The notes below the pieces were generated by a model. That model worked only from the letters and a program-made list of their open reading frames with translations. It did not search any database and was not told where the DNA came from. This document shows positions 10,350 through 20,480 of a DNA stretch of 64,000 bases, piece by piece (the first letter of the stretch is position 1; the number at the start of each line of letters is the position of its first letter). The stretch spans positions 512,001 to 576,000 of the forward strand of contig JBMNIW010000012.1 in the NCBI GenBank assembly GCA_050951325.1. The letters are read 5' to 3'. The translations under genes and the position numbers were made by a program. Origin of the DNA: Clostridia bacterium (GTDB taxonomy: Bacteria; Bacillota; Clostridia; UBA1212; DUPL01).

Positions 10350-10782
10350 GGATTCAATAACCAAGATGGAACAAGTGGTACTGGCTTCCCATGCAAATGG
10401 TCAGGGAAGACTTTTTGGAGGACAGCTCATGTCCTGGCTTGATGTTACCGGTGCCATATGTGCAAGACGACACAGCGGTTGCGAGGTTGTTACTGCAAAA
10501 GCTGATAATCTGGAATTTCATAGACCTGCCATGCAGAATGACATAGTTACAATTACCGCAAAGATAATTTATGCTGGCACCACATCCATGGAAGTTAGAG
10601 TTTGTGCATATGTTGAGCCTAAAGGAGGATGGGAGCCTCAGCTCATATGCTCAAGTTATTTTGTTTACGTTGCCATGGATGAAAACGGCAACAAATGCCG
10701 GGTACCAAAGCTGATACCCGAATCAAAAGAGGAAGAGGAAGATTTGAGAAGATGTGAGGAAAAGAGAAACAAGCTAAGGTAG
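10330..10782 (+). CDS. Acyl-CoA thioesterase (hotdog fold)
   Basis: HANGQGRLFGGQLMSWLD, VVTA, GTTSMEV. Confidence 0.9.
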   Translation: MEAKKPRDSITKMEQVVLASHANGQGRLFGGQLMSWLDVTGAICARRHSGCEVVTAKADNLEFHRPAMQNDIVTITAKIIYAGTTSMEVRVCAYVEPKGGWEPQLICSSYFVYVAMDENGNKCRVPKLIPESKEEEEDLRRCEEKRNKLR

Positions 10783-12564
10783 GTTTTTTAATTGGTTTAA
10801 AACATGCCTGTTTCTTTGCTTGGCAAAATCCAAAAATTCATTTATAAGGTTGTTCCACTGCAAATCGCTTCCGCCAAAGTAGAACCTGTACATTTTCATG
10901 TCCTGAACCCGTTCTTCTTTGGCGTTTAATATATATTCCGTCAGGACATCTTCAGTCAGAATCTCAGTACAAAGCTTTGTCATATATTCCTTAAACCTTC
11001 TGTTGAACTCCTTGTTTCTAAGAAGGTTTTTCAATACCTGTCCCAAGTGGGGTTCGTTGTTGTATAATCCGCCTGACATGACCGTTTCGAACATGTTTCT
11101 TGATGGATCTCTTAGACCAAAGTCCAGGTCTCTTAGTACAAACCTCCATTTTCCATCCATGCCATAGACACTTTCGTTTACAGGACCTGTGTATTTCCAT
11201 GCCATAACATTGTTGTGAGGCCAATCAGGGTTGACGATATATATTTGAAAAGCCATGTATTTGATAAAGTTGTCTACATCGATAATCTCTTCCATCTCGG
11301 ATATGTCCTTGTTTGCGTAATTGGTATTAATAAGTTTGCGCATGTCTTTGATGTATGAGTTAAAGTCCTCTTCGGTGCCTGACTCCAGCCTGTATCTGAA
11401 CTGGAAGAAATCCGACTGTATGGTTATTATGGCCAGCGTATCCTTGTTTATGTGATACCTTGTTTCAATGTTGTCGTTGTCAAGGGATTGCTTTAATGTC
11501 ATCATGGAATAATATTTGCCATTCAGGTAAACAACACAAGGTCTTCCAGCCTGATGATCCACTCCGGCATATGCGCCAAGATCGTTTATGAGCTGGTCTC
11601 TTATCATGGAGCCACCATCGTCATTGACTGAATTTCTAAGGACAAGTCTTTCAAAGCTTTTTACCCTGTTGCCATAGTGATCTCTTAGGTCATCAAAGAA
11701 TTCATAATCAAAGGTGCCTGTATGCTCGGAATATTCTCTTCTTGCAATAAGTTTTAATGACTTAATTAGTGCGTTTCGTGAAGTTCCGCCGGCGGTTCGA
11801 ATGCCGCAGTTCTGGGACAGTACCAAAGTGCCATCTGATTCAAAAAAGGCTACATGGGCTTCTCTTTCCCATTGTCTGCCTCTTTGGTTGTAGTTTTTTG
11901 GATACCACCAGTCTTCATCTCTCTGCGGATTGTTTGTCTTTGTGAAATCGTAAGTAGCGCCCTTTATCATAATACCTTCTTCGTATCCGTAAAGGTTTTT
12001 TTCGTCGGTGGTTATGCATACCACCATGGCTCCAAAGTGTTCTGCAAAGTCTTCAATACCTGTACCTATTATGTATGTATATGTTTGTGTTCTTCCGTGC
12101 TTTTTACCGTCTGCGAAAATAGCAGCCCTAACCACCACAACCCTTGGGAAGTTATTGGAGGTATTTATAACATCGATGCTTTTTGTGTACTTGTAAGTTT
12201 TTCGTATGCCTGCAAAGTCCATATACTCATAATCAGGCTCTTTGCCGCCGGAGAACATGTAGACTTCGCCTGTCTTTGTTATGAGTTCGCCTTTCTGCGG
12301 AGTCCTTGCGTTGTGGTTCGTCATTGTGTAGAGAATCTCTAAGTCTTTATCATCCACAACTTCATCGTCTTCGTTTAATATGTAAAGTGACAGGGAGAGG
12401 TCATGGGGATAGAATCCAGGATTGTAGGAAGGAACTATCCTGTATGTATGCTCAGGTTTAACTTCTTCCCCGTTACTACCAGTTATGCTTATTAGAAATA
12501 TAACTGTAAGGAGCAGAACAATCAGGGCGAATATGGACTTTAAAGCTATTTTATATGCTCTCAC
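10774..12564 (-). CDS. Secreted CotH kinase family protein
   Basis: Signal/TM, WEREAHV, GIRTAGGTSR, KSLKL, VYLNGKY, DWPHNN, WRFVLRDLDFG. Confidence 0.85.
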   Translation of the reverse strand: MRAYKIALKSIFALIVLLLTVIFLISITGSNGEEVKPEHTYRIVPSYNPGFYPHDLSLSLYILNEDDEVVDDKDLEILYTMTNHNARTPQKGELITKTGEVYMFSGGKEPDYEYMDFAGIRKTYKYTKSIDVINTSNNFPRVVVVRAAIFADGKKHGRTQTYTYIIGTGIEDFAEHFGAMVVCITTDEKNLYGYEEGIMIKGATYDFTKTNNPQRDEDWWYPKNYNQRGRQWEREAHVAFFESDGTLVLSQNCGIRTAGGTSRNALIKSLKLIARREYSEHTGTFDYEFFDDLRDHYGNRVKSFERLVLRNSVNDDGGSMIRDQLINDLGAYAGVDHQAGRPCVVYLNGKYYSMMTLKQSLDNDNIETRYHINKDTLAIITIQSDFFQFRYRLESGTEEDFNSYIKDMRKLINTNYANKDISEMEEIIDVDNFIKYMAFQIYIVNPDWPHNNVMAWKYTGPVNESVYGMDGKWRFVLRDLDFGLRDPSRNMFETVMSGGLYNNEPHLGQVLKNLLRNKEFNRRFKEYMTKLCTEILTEDVLTEYILNAKEERVQDMKMYRFYFGGSDLQWNNLINEFLDFAKQRNRHVLNQLKNLP

Positions 12565-12567
12565 TTT

Positions 12568-13221
12568 TTACAAAACCTCTATCAACATATTTGCAAACAA
12601 GTTGTGCATTTCTCTTGTGGGATGATTGATAAGATTACTAAGGAGAACTGTTGTGTCGATACCTTCCTCATGCATTTGTTTCCATTTTGAATAAGCATCA
12701 ACAACAGTAACATTCATTCTTTTGCACAGGGCTTTTGCAGATTCAATATATAAATCAAAAGTACCGCCATTCTGCATGGCGGCGGTAGTTTTTGCAGCTT
12801 CCTTTGCAGAATTAAGAGTTTCATCATGAACGTATGTGTTCATCATGTTCGGAGTCATGAATATGACCCTAATACCTTTGTCTTGTATTTGAGTAAATAT
12901 ATGTTCAAGTTTGGATATATAATTATCAAGGTTATCTCTTCCTCTGCACACGTCGTTCAGGCCAAAGCATACAACGACAGTATCAGGATTGTGTTCAAGA
13001 ACATCTTTTGAGAGTCTTGCTACTGCACCATCCACACTGTCACCGCTTATTCCGGAATTTATAACTTCAAGAGGTTCAACCCCATATTTTTGAGTCCAAA
13101 GCTTTTTTAATTTGTTGTGGTAAACATTTCCATAATCCCTAACTGTGTCAAAACCGCCTTCGACATCATATAGTTCAAAACATCCTTCTGTCACACTGTC
13201 GCCTAAAAATACTATTCTCAT
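12568..13221 (-). CDS. SGNH/GDSL hydrolase
   Basis: FLGDSVTEG, NSGISG, FGLND, NHP. Confidence 0.88.
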   Translation of the reverse strand: MRIVFLGDSVTEGCFELYDVEGGFDTVRDYGNVYHNKLKKLWTQKYGVEPLEVINSGISGDSVDGAVARLSKDVLEHNPDTVVVCFGLNDVCRGRDNLDNYISKLEHIFTQIQDKGIRVIFMTPNMMNTYVHDETLNSAKEAAKTTAAMQNGGTFDLYIESAKALCKRMNVTVVDAYSKWKQMHEEGIDTTVLLSNLINHPTREMHNLFANMLIEVL

Positions 13222-13334
13222 ACACAACCTCATTTCTTTAACATATGATTATTGTAACATTTTTATTGTGTTTTGCAACACACATTTTACTCGGTACAAT
13301 TTGTGAAATCGACCTCCTTTTAAAATTTTTTTAC

Positions 13335-13363
13335 TTGCAATTTCAACTGTTTTGTGTTAATAT
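13335..13363 (+). promoter_or_regulatory. SigA-type promoter of tRNA-Arg
   Basis: TTGCAA-17 bp-TG.TAATAT about 10 nt upstream of the tRNA. Confidence 0.6.
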
Positions 13364-13372
13364 AATCCCAAT

Positions 13373-13448
13373 GCACTTGTAGCTCAGTGGATAGAGCAAC
13401 CGCCTCCTAAGCGGTAGGTCGGACGTTCGACTCGTCTCAAGTGCGCCA
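13373..13448 (+). tRNA. tRNA-Arg (anticodon CCT)
   Basis: 76 nt; acceptor stem GCACTTG/CAAGTGC, D-arm GCTCAGTGGATAGAGC, anticodon arm ACCGC-CTCCTAA-GCGGT, GTTCGA, 3' CCA. Confidence 0.97.
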
Positions 13449-13449
13449 T

Positions 13450-13485
13450 GAGGGCTGTCACGTTTCGTGACAGCCCCTCTTGTTA
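13450..13485 (+). terminator. Terminator hairpin after tRNA-Arg
   Basis: GGGCTGTCACG-TTT-CGTGACAGCCC then T-rich tail. Confidence 0.75.
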
Positions 13486-13624
13486 TTCAAGCAATGTTTT
13501 AACCATGTTTTTCTCCCAGTCAATATCAACGTATAACCTTGTATTTCTTTTTGATTAATACCTCTTGCTTGATACATTTTATGCATGTATAATATTAACA
13601 AATATTGTTAATCTGGAGGATGCG

Positions 13625-14299
13625 ATGAAAAAGAACACATAGCTTGTTATACTTGCCGTTGTAGGTATATGCCTTTTGGTAATTGCATATGTACTTCATT
13701 TGATGGATTACATACCAGGATTGAAAACAGTATTAGATCGTGGTTTGTTCGATGAAAAATATATGCTTTGGATAGGCAACACTGAAATCATTATGATGGC
13801 ACTGGCCGGCATGTTTGGATTGTTGTGTCTTAAGGTTAATTCTCTTAGGCATGTGAGAAATGTTTTTCTGATTCTTCTTGTGTTATTTATGCTTGCAAGT
13901 TCATCAGTTTTGTTTTTCTTCACTGAAGACAAGGTTCCTCATGGTGGAAATGCGCTTCTGTCTGAAAACATGCATTATCTTATGATTCGCTATGCAGCCA
14001 TCGGTGGAGTGCTGGCTATTATACTGTATGTAATTGCTGTTTTTGCAAAAGACAGAATATTCAGTATAATTGCAACGATAGTTGGCGTGGCTGGACTTCT
14101 GTTTTCTCTTATGGCGTTTACGCTTACAAGAATAAGTATCTTTGAAAACCTTGTTGAGCAAAGCAAGAGCTACAGGTTTGATTCGGTGCAGTATTATCCA
14201 ATGCTACTTTTTCATTTAGGCTCTATATTGGTTATTGTTTCACTTTTGCACTTGAGTAGAGTCGCAATAAAAAAAGGAGATGAAACGGAGATACCTTAA
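13625..14299 (+). pseudogene. Multi-pass membrane protein with an in-frame TAG at codon 6
   Basis: GGAGGA RBS, ATG AAA AAG AAC ACA TAG, then an in-frame hydrophobic stretch continuous with ORF 13676..14299. Confidence 0.65.
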
Positions 14300-14300
14300 T

Positions 14301-15353
14301 TTATGTGGATAATGATTTTTTTCTGTATTGTGCAGGGGTGCATTTCATTTCCTTTTTAAAATGTCTGTAAAACAGCTCCCTGGTAGGATATCCTGTAAGA
14401 TTTACAATATCGTCTATGGGGAGCATTGTATTACGAAGCAATAGACATGCGTTGTTGAGTCTGTACTTTGATATTATTTCAGTCAGAGTCAGTCCAGTGG
14501 TTTCCTTTATTTTTCTACTCATGTATGATGGTGAATAGTTGAAGAGCTTTGATATGGATTTTAGTGAAGCATTTTTGGGATTTAGTTTTATATATCCAAG
14601 TATGTTGACTATGTTTATATCATTTTCCTTTGTGCTTGTATTATCCGATCTGTAAACTTTTATATCCAATGAATGATTTTTGATTATGTACGCCAGAATG
14701 ATATGGAGAAGACAGTCCTTAACGGATGATGACAGTTCATTGGGGTATATTGCTTCATATATAAGGGTGTCTAAAAAAGAGCGGATCTGCATGTCATCTC
14801 CTGCTGGACAGAATATGATTCCGGAATTATTGTATTCAACAGTATCGTTAAAATAGTTGGATATAATGTTGTCGCTACAAAGTATGCTGTAAAAGAGTTT
14901 CTTAAAATTTGATTTCCTTACAATAATATTCATTAAAACACTGTCGCTGTCAATTTCAATTGAATGCTTGACATCTGGCCCCATTATGCAAAAATCACCC
15001 TCATACATTTGAATTCTGTTCCCTCCAAGTATATTAATGCAGGTTCCTCTATAGACATAGGGGATTTCAACAAAGGAATGGGAGTGCATACATGACGGCA
15101 TATACCTTGCATGCCTAATAACTACGATATTGTCAGATGTTTTTTCAAATGCTTCTTCCTCTGTGTAATATGGAGTATAGTGTTGCATGTTTTCATAATA
15201 CATGAATCTTTCCAGAGGGTAGGAAAACCTGGCACAAACATCTGGTATGTCTTCAGAGCTTTTTACAAGTTTCTTTAGCTCCATATATTTTAAGTTATAT
15301 AGTTCATCCTCAGTAAATACTATGGATGCATCTATTGCTGCACGTATGTCCAT
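14301..15353 (-). CDS. AraC family transcriptional regulator (cupin + HTH)
   Basis: HSHSFVEIPYVYRG cupin; C-terminal FYRHFKK...TPAQYR; GGAGG RBS. Confidence 0.9.
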   Translation of the reverse strand: MDIRAAIDASIVFTEDELYNLKYMELKKLVKSSEDIPDVCARFSYPLERFMYYENMQHYTPYYTEEEAFEKTSDNIVVIRHARYMPSCMHSHSFVEIPYVYRGTCINILGGNRIQMYEGDFCIMGPDVKHSIEIDSDSVLMNIIVRKSNFKKLFYSILCSDNIISNYFNDTVEYNNSGIIFCPAGDDMQIRSFLDTLIYEAIYPNELSSSVKDCLLHIILAYIIKNHSLDIKVYRSDNTSTKENDINIVNILGYIKLNPKNASLKSISKLFNYSPSYMSRKIKETTGLTLTEIISKYRLNNACLLLRNTMLPIDDIVNLTGYPTRELFYRHFKKEMKCTPAQYRKKSLST

Positions 15354-15544
15354 AAGACACCTCCGAGTAAAGAAAAGATACATATTATTATATAATTATA
15401 CACTGCGCAATTTAAATTAATTATATATAATTACAACAACCTATTCAATGTTGATAATTATAAAATGTTTGGAGGAGTAGTTTATAAGCTTGGCCTTCAG
15501 TCTTTGCAACGATTAAGACATTGTAAATATTGCGGAGGTGCCAT

Positions 15545-16204
15545 ATGTGTAAATCACGTGTTCTGATACTGGTTGTATTTATAGCGGCTGTGGCAGTGTT
15601 CCTTGGTGCTTGTGACAGTGAGTCAAATTCTGACGGTAATGTTAAACCCACAGTAAGTCAAACACCAAAGATTACAGCAGCTCCTACAGTTACCAATACT
15701 CCATCTCCAACGCCGAATATTGGGAATAACGTAGCTCTGTACAAGAAAACTCAGGTTTCATCTACGGTCGATGAGAGTTATCTCCAGTGGGGATGGGGTC
15801 AGGAGTTTATTAATGACGGAACTTTGGAGTTGAGTTTTACTTCTGCAGTCAAGAGGAACATGGATTCCCCTGATGTAGAAGAGTGGATTATAATCGACCT
15901 GGAAAAAGAGTATTCAATTCATCTGGTTATACTGTATCCCCGTCAGGATAATGGACGTGGTTTTCCTGAGGATTATCAGATAGATGTGTCTTCCGATAAC
16001 GAGACATGGGAAACTGTGTATACAAAAACTGAAGACAAAGGTTCTGAAGACGAGGATGTAGATCCCAGAGAAATTGAGCTTGAAGCAGTTTCAGCAAGAT
16101 ACATAAGATTGCTGGCCACAAAACTCACGGATGTTCCAGATACAAGTGATGGATATCTGCTGCAGATGGCTGAAATGGAGGTATATTCCTTTGATGAAGA
16201 GTAA
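15545..16204 (+). CDS. Lipoprotein with Pro/Thr linker and discoidin (F5/8 type C, CBM32-like) domain
   Basis: Lipobox LGAC, TPSPTP linker, NVALYK...SS, WIIIDL, FPEDYQIDVS, ARYIRL, MAEMEVY. Confidence 0.85.
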   Translation: MCKSRVLILVVFIAAVAVFLGACDSESNSDGNVKPTVSQTPKITAAPTVTNTPSPTPNIGNNVALYKKTQVSSTVDESYLQWGWGQEFINDGTLELSFTSAVKRNMDSPDVEEWIIIDLEKEYSIHLVILYPRQDNGRGFPEDYQIDVSSDNETWETVYTKTEDKGSEDEDVDPREIELEAVSARYIRLLATKLTDVPDTSDGYLLQMAEMEVYSFDEE

Positions 16205-17534
16205 AGCGTACTATTTTACAAAGAAAGGTTTAGTGTTGTTGATTATGTTGGCTGTGATTTGTAGTGCAGGCTGTAGCTCCAGCAGTAGAGGGGATTTAAA
16301 AAAGATATATGATGAGTATGAAGGCAATACTTTATTGATAGGCGGTTGGGTAACGCCCAGAGGAGAGTTTGTAAAAACTGCTGAAGAGGCAGAAGCAAGA
16401 TACAAGGAACTTGCAGATGCAGGAATCAACATGATGTACACTTTTGACGATACAGACGATCCTGATAGATTGAAAAGAGTCATGGACGCAGCAGAAAAAA
16501 GTGGAATCAAGCTTGTTGTCCATTTGGACTTAAATAATTTTAATCACTCATTGGATATAGTAAACATGACAAAGGATCATCCGGCAGTTATAGGATACAT
16601 CCTGAAGGATGAACCCCCTGCATCCTTGTTCCCCGGGCTCTTGGCTTTGAGGAAAAAAGTATACGATATTGTAGGGGATGACAAAATCATTATGATAAAT
16701 TTGTTACCCAACTATGCTAGTGACGCACAGTTGGGAGTAGTACCTAAGGATGGTAAAACATCTTATCAGATATATGTGGAGCAGAGTATGAAAATCGTTA
16801 ACCCTACCTTGTTGTGTACTGATTATTACATGTTCCGTGCCGGCAAGGATGGTGACCCAGGGGTGCTGGCTGGATATTATAGAAACATGTTTGATTTAAG
16901 AGATGCAGCGAATGAGTATGAAGTAGATCTATGGGGGTTTCTGCAGAATAGCGGCTGGGCAGGCATGAGGGAGCCGAACAAGGCCGAGCTTCGTTTTTCT
17001 GCTCATGTAAATCTGGCTTTCGGAGTCAAGTGCCTTGCGTACTTTCTGTGCTGGAATCCACATGCGGACAGTATAAAGGGTGATGGCAGATATGATCCTA
17101 CCAGCATGATATCTTATGACGGGAAGATAACTGACAACTATTACAAGGTTCAAGCCATAAACAAGGAGCTGCATGCAATGAAAGGTGTTTATCTTGATTA
17201 CAAACATAAAGGCATTATCATGTATGAAAAAACACCTTTTGTAAAAAGCACAATTCCTGAGGAAAACCTTTTGGAGTCTTTTAATGAACTGGTGAGCTTG
17301 GATGCAGCAAGGAACACCCTTGTCGGATGCTTTGAAAAAGAAGGCAAAACAGGTCTATATGTGGTAAACTGTGATTATTCTGATAATGGAGTCAATACTG
17401 TCAAGTTGAAGCTTAATGACAAGCACACGTACAGAATATGGAGCAAGGATGGATTGATTGCACAGAAGAAATCGGATACAGTCAGTCTCAAGCTTATTCC
17501 GGGAGAAGGTGTGTTTGTACAGATAATTGATTAG
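16194..17534 (+). CDS. Lipoprotein, putative glycoside hydrolase-like TIM barrel
   Basis: Lipobox SAGC; LADAGIN, HPAVIGYILKDEP, DYY; beta-rich C-terminal domain ending LIPGEGVFV. Confidence 0.6.
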   Translation: MKSKAYYFTKKGLVLLIMLAVICSAGCSSSSRGDLKKIYDEYEGNTLLIGGWVTPRGEFVKTAEEAEARYKELADAGINMMYTFDDTDDPDRLKRVMDAAEKSGIKLVVHLDLNNFNHSLDIVNMTKDHPAVIGYILKDEPPASLFPGLLALRKKVYDIVGDDKIIMINLLPNYASDAQLGVVPKDGKTSYQIYVEQSMKIVNPTLLCTDYYMFRAGKDGDPGVLAGYYRNMFDLRDAANEYEVDLWGFLQNSGWAGMREPNKAELRFSAHVNLAFGVKCLAYFLCWNPHADSIKGDGRYDPTSMISYDGKITDNYYKVQAINKELHAMKGVYLDYKHKGIIMYEKTPFVKSTIPEENLLESFNELVSLDAARNTLVGCFEKEGKTGLYVVNCDYSDNGVNTVKLKLNDKHTYRIWSKDGLIAQKKSDTVSLKLIPGEGVFVQIID

Positions 17535-17541
17535 AATCAGG

Positions 17542-17572
17542 AAGCGGTGCAAGATTCGCACCGCTTATTTTT
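17542..17572 (+). terminator. Rho-independent terminator
   Basis: AAGCGGTGC-N7-GCACCGCTT-ATTTTT. Confidence 0.8.
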
Positions 17573-17632
17573 GTTCAGTAATGGCATTTTGTCTTATCCG
17601 GGTGCATATTTGCAACTAATGATGAAATCTTA

Positions 17633-18208
17633 GGTGAATTCATAACCATAGCCGGGCCTTCTGGAAAAGGCAAATCAACTCTTTTAAATCTGGTTTCAGG
17701 GTTTGTTAAACCTACAGGAGGAGAAATATGGGTTGACGGAAAAAATCTGAACAAGATGAATGACGCCCAAGTATGCGATTACAGGAACAAACGTATTGGC
17801 TACATATTTCAAACCTTCAACCTTATACAGCAGTTTAACGTGCGGGACAATGTGGCTGTACCACTTCTGCTTTCAGGCATGAAAAAGAAAGAATCATACA
17901 AAAAGGTTTAAGAACTCCTTGAAAAGGTTGGCATGACAAACCGCATGTTTGAGTATCCAAGAACTCTTTCAGGAGGAGAGCAGCAGAGGGTGGCCTTTGC
18001 AAGAGCTATGGCAAACAGTCCGGATATTATTCTTGCCGACGAACCAACAGGTAACCTTGATACACGGAACGGAGAGATTATTGTAAATCTACTGATGGAA
18101 ACGAACAAGGAATATGGCACAACTGTTTTATGCGTATCTCATGATGAAAGGATAATAGAAAAAGGGCAGAGGACAATTTTGATTGAGGAAATTACATGTG
18201 TTGAATAA
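17633..18208 (+). pseudogene. LolD/MacB-type ABC ATPase remnant (5' truncated, internal TAA)
   Basis: [16 protein letters not shown] Walker [11 protein letters not shown], in-frame TAA at 17909-17911, then LSGGEQQRVA and ILADEPTGNLD; no start codon/RBS and no permease. Confidence 0.85.
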
Positions 18209-18244
18209 AGGGCCTGTTGCAATCTGCATCAGCCCCTTTTTGTG

Positions 18245-19387
18245 CTATAATATCTCTTTGTAGCTTCCAAGATAGTTGAACTGCTCTATACCGCACTCAA
18301 GCTCGCTTATGAGCATGAACAACTCCGGTGTGTATACTGATGTGTCTATGTCGAAGTAGAACAGGAACTCAAAGTCTCTGCCCGGTATTGGCCTTGACTC
18401 AATTTTTGCAAGATTCAGGCCAAGGGCGTAAAACCTTGCCAGCACATGGTAGAGAGCACCTGGTTTGTGGGGTATTGTAAGGGTTATGCTGGTTCTGTCT
18501 GCTCCGGGATATATCTCAAGATCCTTGGATATGCATATGAATCTTGTATAGTTGTTGTCATTGTTCTGTATGTTGTAGGACAAAACAGCAAGATTGTATA
18601 TGTCAGCACAATCCTTTGATGAAATTGCAGCTATGTCATCCCTTCCAGACTCGGATACATACTTTGCAGCAAGGGCGGTATTATCTATCTTCGTTACCTT
18701 TACTCCCTTCAAGGTAGCAAGAAAATCGCTGCACTGGTTCAGCGCCTGTTCATGGGACACAACCTCCTTGATATCTGACAATTTTACTCCTCTTTTAGCC
18801 AGAAGTGTATGATCAACCCTGAGGCGGGCGCTTCTAACGATAAAGAATTTGTACTTGCCCATAAGGTCATAGACCTGATTGACCGAGCCTGCGGTACTGT
18901 TTTCAAGTGGCAGAACTCCATAATGGCAAAGACCTTTCTCGACAGCTTGAAATACCGCTTCAAAGCTGTTGAAATACATAATAGTTGGTATTTTAAACAG
19001 CTTGTCGCAGGCAAACTGTCCATATGAGCCTTCATCGCCCTGGACTGCAACAACAGCCTTTTCAGGGAACTGACGTGGAGTCATCTTTGATCTGTCCGCA
19101 ATTATTTTTGCCAGATTGGTAGCTTGGTTTACACAGGAGTACTGATATGAGCGGCTTAGGTCCATAAGGGTGTTGAACAGCATTCTGCTGAATATCTCAA
19201 GGCCAGTTTCGGCATTTTCATCCACTTTGCGTATTAGTTCTCTTTCTCTTTTCTTGTCCTGTATGGGAAGGTTGTTTTCCTTTTTGTATTTGGCAATTTC
19301 CAGGGAAATCTTCATCCTCTGGGTAAACAGTTTCAAAATCTCGCTGTCTATACTATCAATCTTGTCTCTTAATTCATTAATATCCAT
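18245..19387 (-). CDS. pheA: Bifunctional chorismate mutase / prephenate dehydratase
   Basis: LRDKIDSID CM domain; PLENSTAGSV, SHEQAL, NYTRF, ACT domain KIESRP. Confidence 0.93.
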   Translation of the reverse strand: MDINELRDKIDSIDSEILKLFTQRMKISLEIAKYKKENNLPIQDKKRERELIRKVDENAETGLEIFSRMLFNTLMDLSRSYQYSCVNQATNLAKIIADRSKMTPRQFPEKAVVAVQGDEGSYGQFACDKLFKIPTIMYFNSFEAVFQAVEKGLCHYGVLPLENSTAGSVNQVYDLMGKYKFFIVRSARLRVDHTLLAKRGVKLSDIKEVVSHEQALNQCSDFLATLKGVKVTKIDNTALAAKYVSESGRDDIAAISSKDCADIYNLAVLSYNIQNNDNNYTRFICISKDLEIYPGADRTSITLTIPHKPGALYHVLARFYALGLNLAKIESRPIPGRDFEFLFYFDIDTSVYTPELFMLISELECGIEQFNYLGSYKEIL

Positions 19388-19388
19388 T

Positions 19389-20480
19389 TCATTCCGCCCT
19401 TTCATATATTAATAAATCCAATAAGGCTATCGCACATGCCGCTTCAACAACAGGCACCGCTCTTGGTACAATACAAGGATCGTGACGTCCTTTTATTTCA
19501 AGAATGGTGTTTTCCTTTCTGGATAAACTTATCGACCTTTGCTTCTGTGCAATGGAGGAGGTAGGCTTGATTGCGACTCTGTATATAATTGGCATGCCGG
19601 AAGATATTCCTCCAAGAATACCCCCATGGTTGTTTGTATATGTTTTGATTGTGCCTTCATCGTCGTAATAGAATTCATCGTTGTTTTCGGAGCCTTTCAT
19701 TTCAGAAACCATGAAACCTGCACCAAACTCAATGCCTTTGACGGCTGGAATTCCAAAGGTTACTTTCGCTATGTTGTTTTCTATTCCGTCAAATATAGGT
19801 TCTCCAATACCTGCAGGCAATCCCACTACAGCACATTCAATTGTTCCGCCTACTGAATCCATGGACATTCTGGCACTTTCTATCCTTTCTCTCATAAGCG
19901 CGCCTTTTTCATCATCCAGTACGGGAAACTCCTTTTCCTTTATGCTTTCAAGTTCCTCCCTGCCAATACTGACAGGGTCAAAAGGTTTGTCCATTACATC
20001 CTGAATTCTGGCAATATGAGCACCTATTGTTATGCCCTGTTTCTCCAACATCTGCATGCATATGTTCCCCGCAAAGCAAAGAGGCGCAGTCAGCCTGCCT
20101 GAGAAATGGCCTCCTCCTCTTATGTCGTTGGCTCCCTGGTATTTTACATATGCAGGGAAGTCTGCATGGCCAGGTCTTGGCATGTCCCTTAAGTTATCGT
20201 AATCCTTGGACCTTGTGTCGGTATTGTGGATAACTGCACAAATTGGAGCACCCACTGTAACATTATCTACAATTCCAGAGAGTATTTCAGGCATGTCCTT
20301 TTCTCTTCTCTGAGTACTGTAAATATTTCTGCCAGGAGCTCGTCTTTCCATAAATCCATGCAATTTATCCATGTCTATTTCAATGCCTGCTGGTATGCCG
20401 TCCATGACAACACCAATGGCTTTTGAATGGGACTGTCCAAATATCTGAACTTTTATTCTATTCCCGTAGCTCGATGACAT
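19389..20480 (-). CDS. aroC: Chorismate synthase
   Basis: FGQSH, PRPGHAD, GGGHFSGRLTA, GRHDPCIVPRA. Confidence 0.96.
   Translation of the reverse strand: MSSSYGNRIKVQIFGQSHSKAIGVVMDGIPAGIEIDMDKLHGFMERRAPGRNIYSTQRREKDMPEILSGIVDNVTVGAPICAVIHNTDTRSKDYDNLRDMPRPGHADFPAYVKYQGANDIRGGGHFSGRLTAPLCFAGNICMQMLEKQGITIGAHIARIQDVMDKPFDPVSIGREELESIKEKEFPVLDDEKGALMRERIESARMSMDSVGGTIECAVVGLPAGIGEPIFDGIENNIAKVTFGIPAVKGIEFGAGFMVSEMKGSENNDEFYYDDEGTIKTYTNNHGGILGGISSGMPIIYRVAIKPTSSIAQKQRSISLSRKENTILEIKGRHDPCIVPRAVPVVEAACAIALLDLLIYERAE

Noticed and set aside
13373-18240. Integrative element or prophage at tRNA-Arg
   Set aside because: No integrase, and I saw no duplicated tRNA 3' end in the window.
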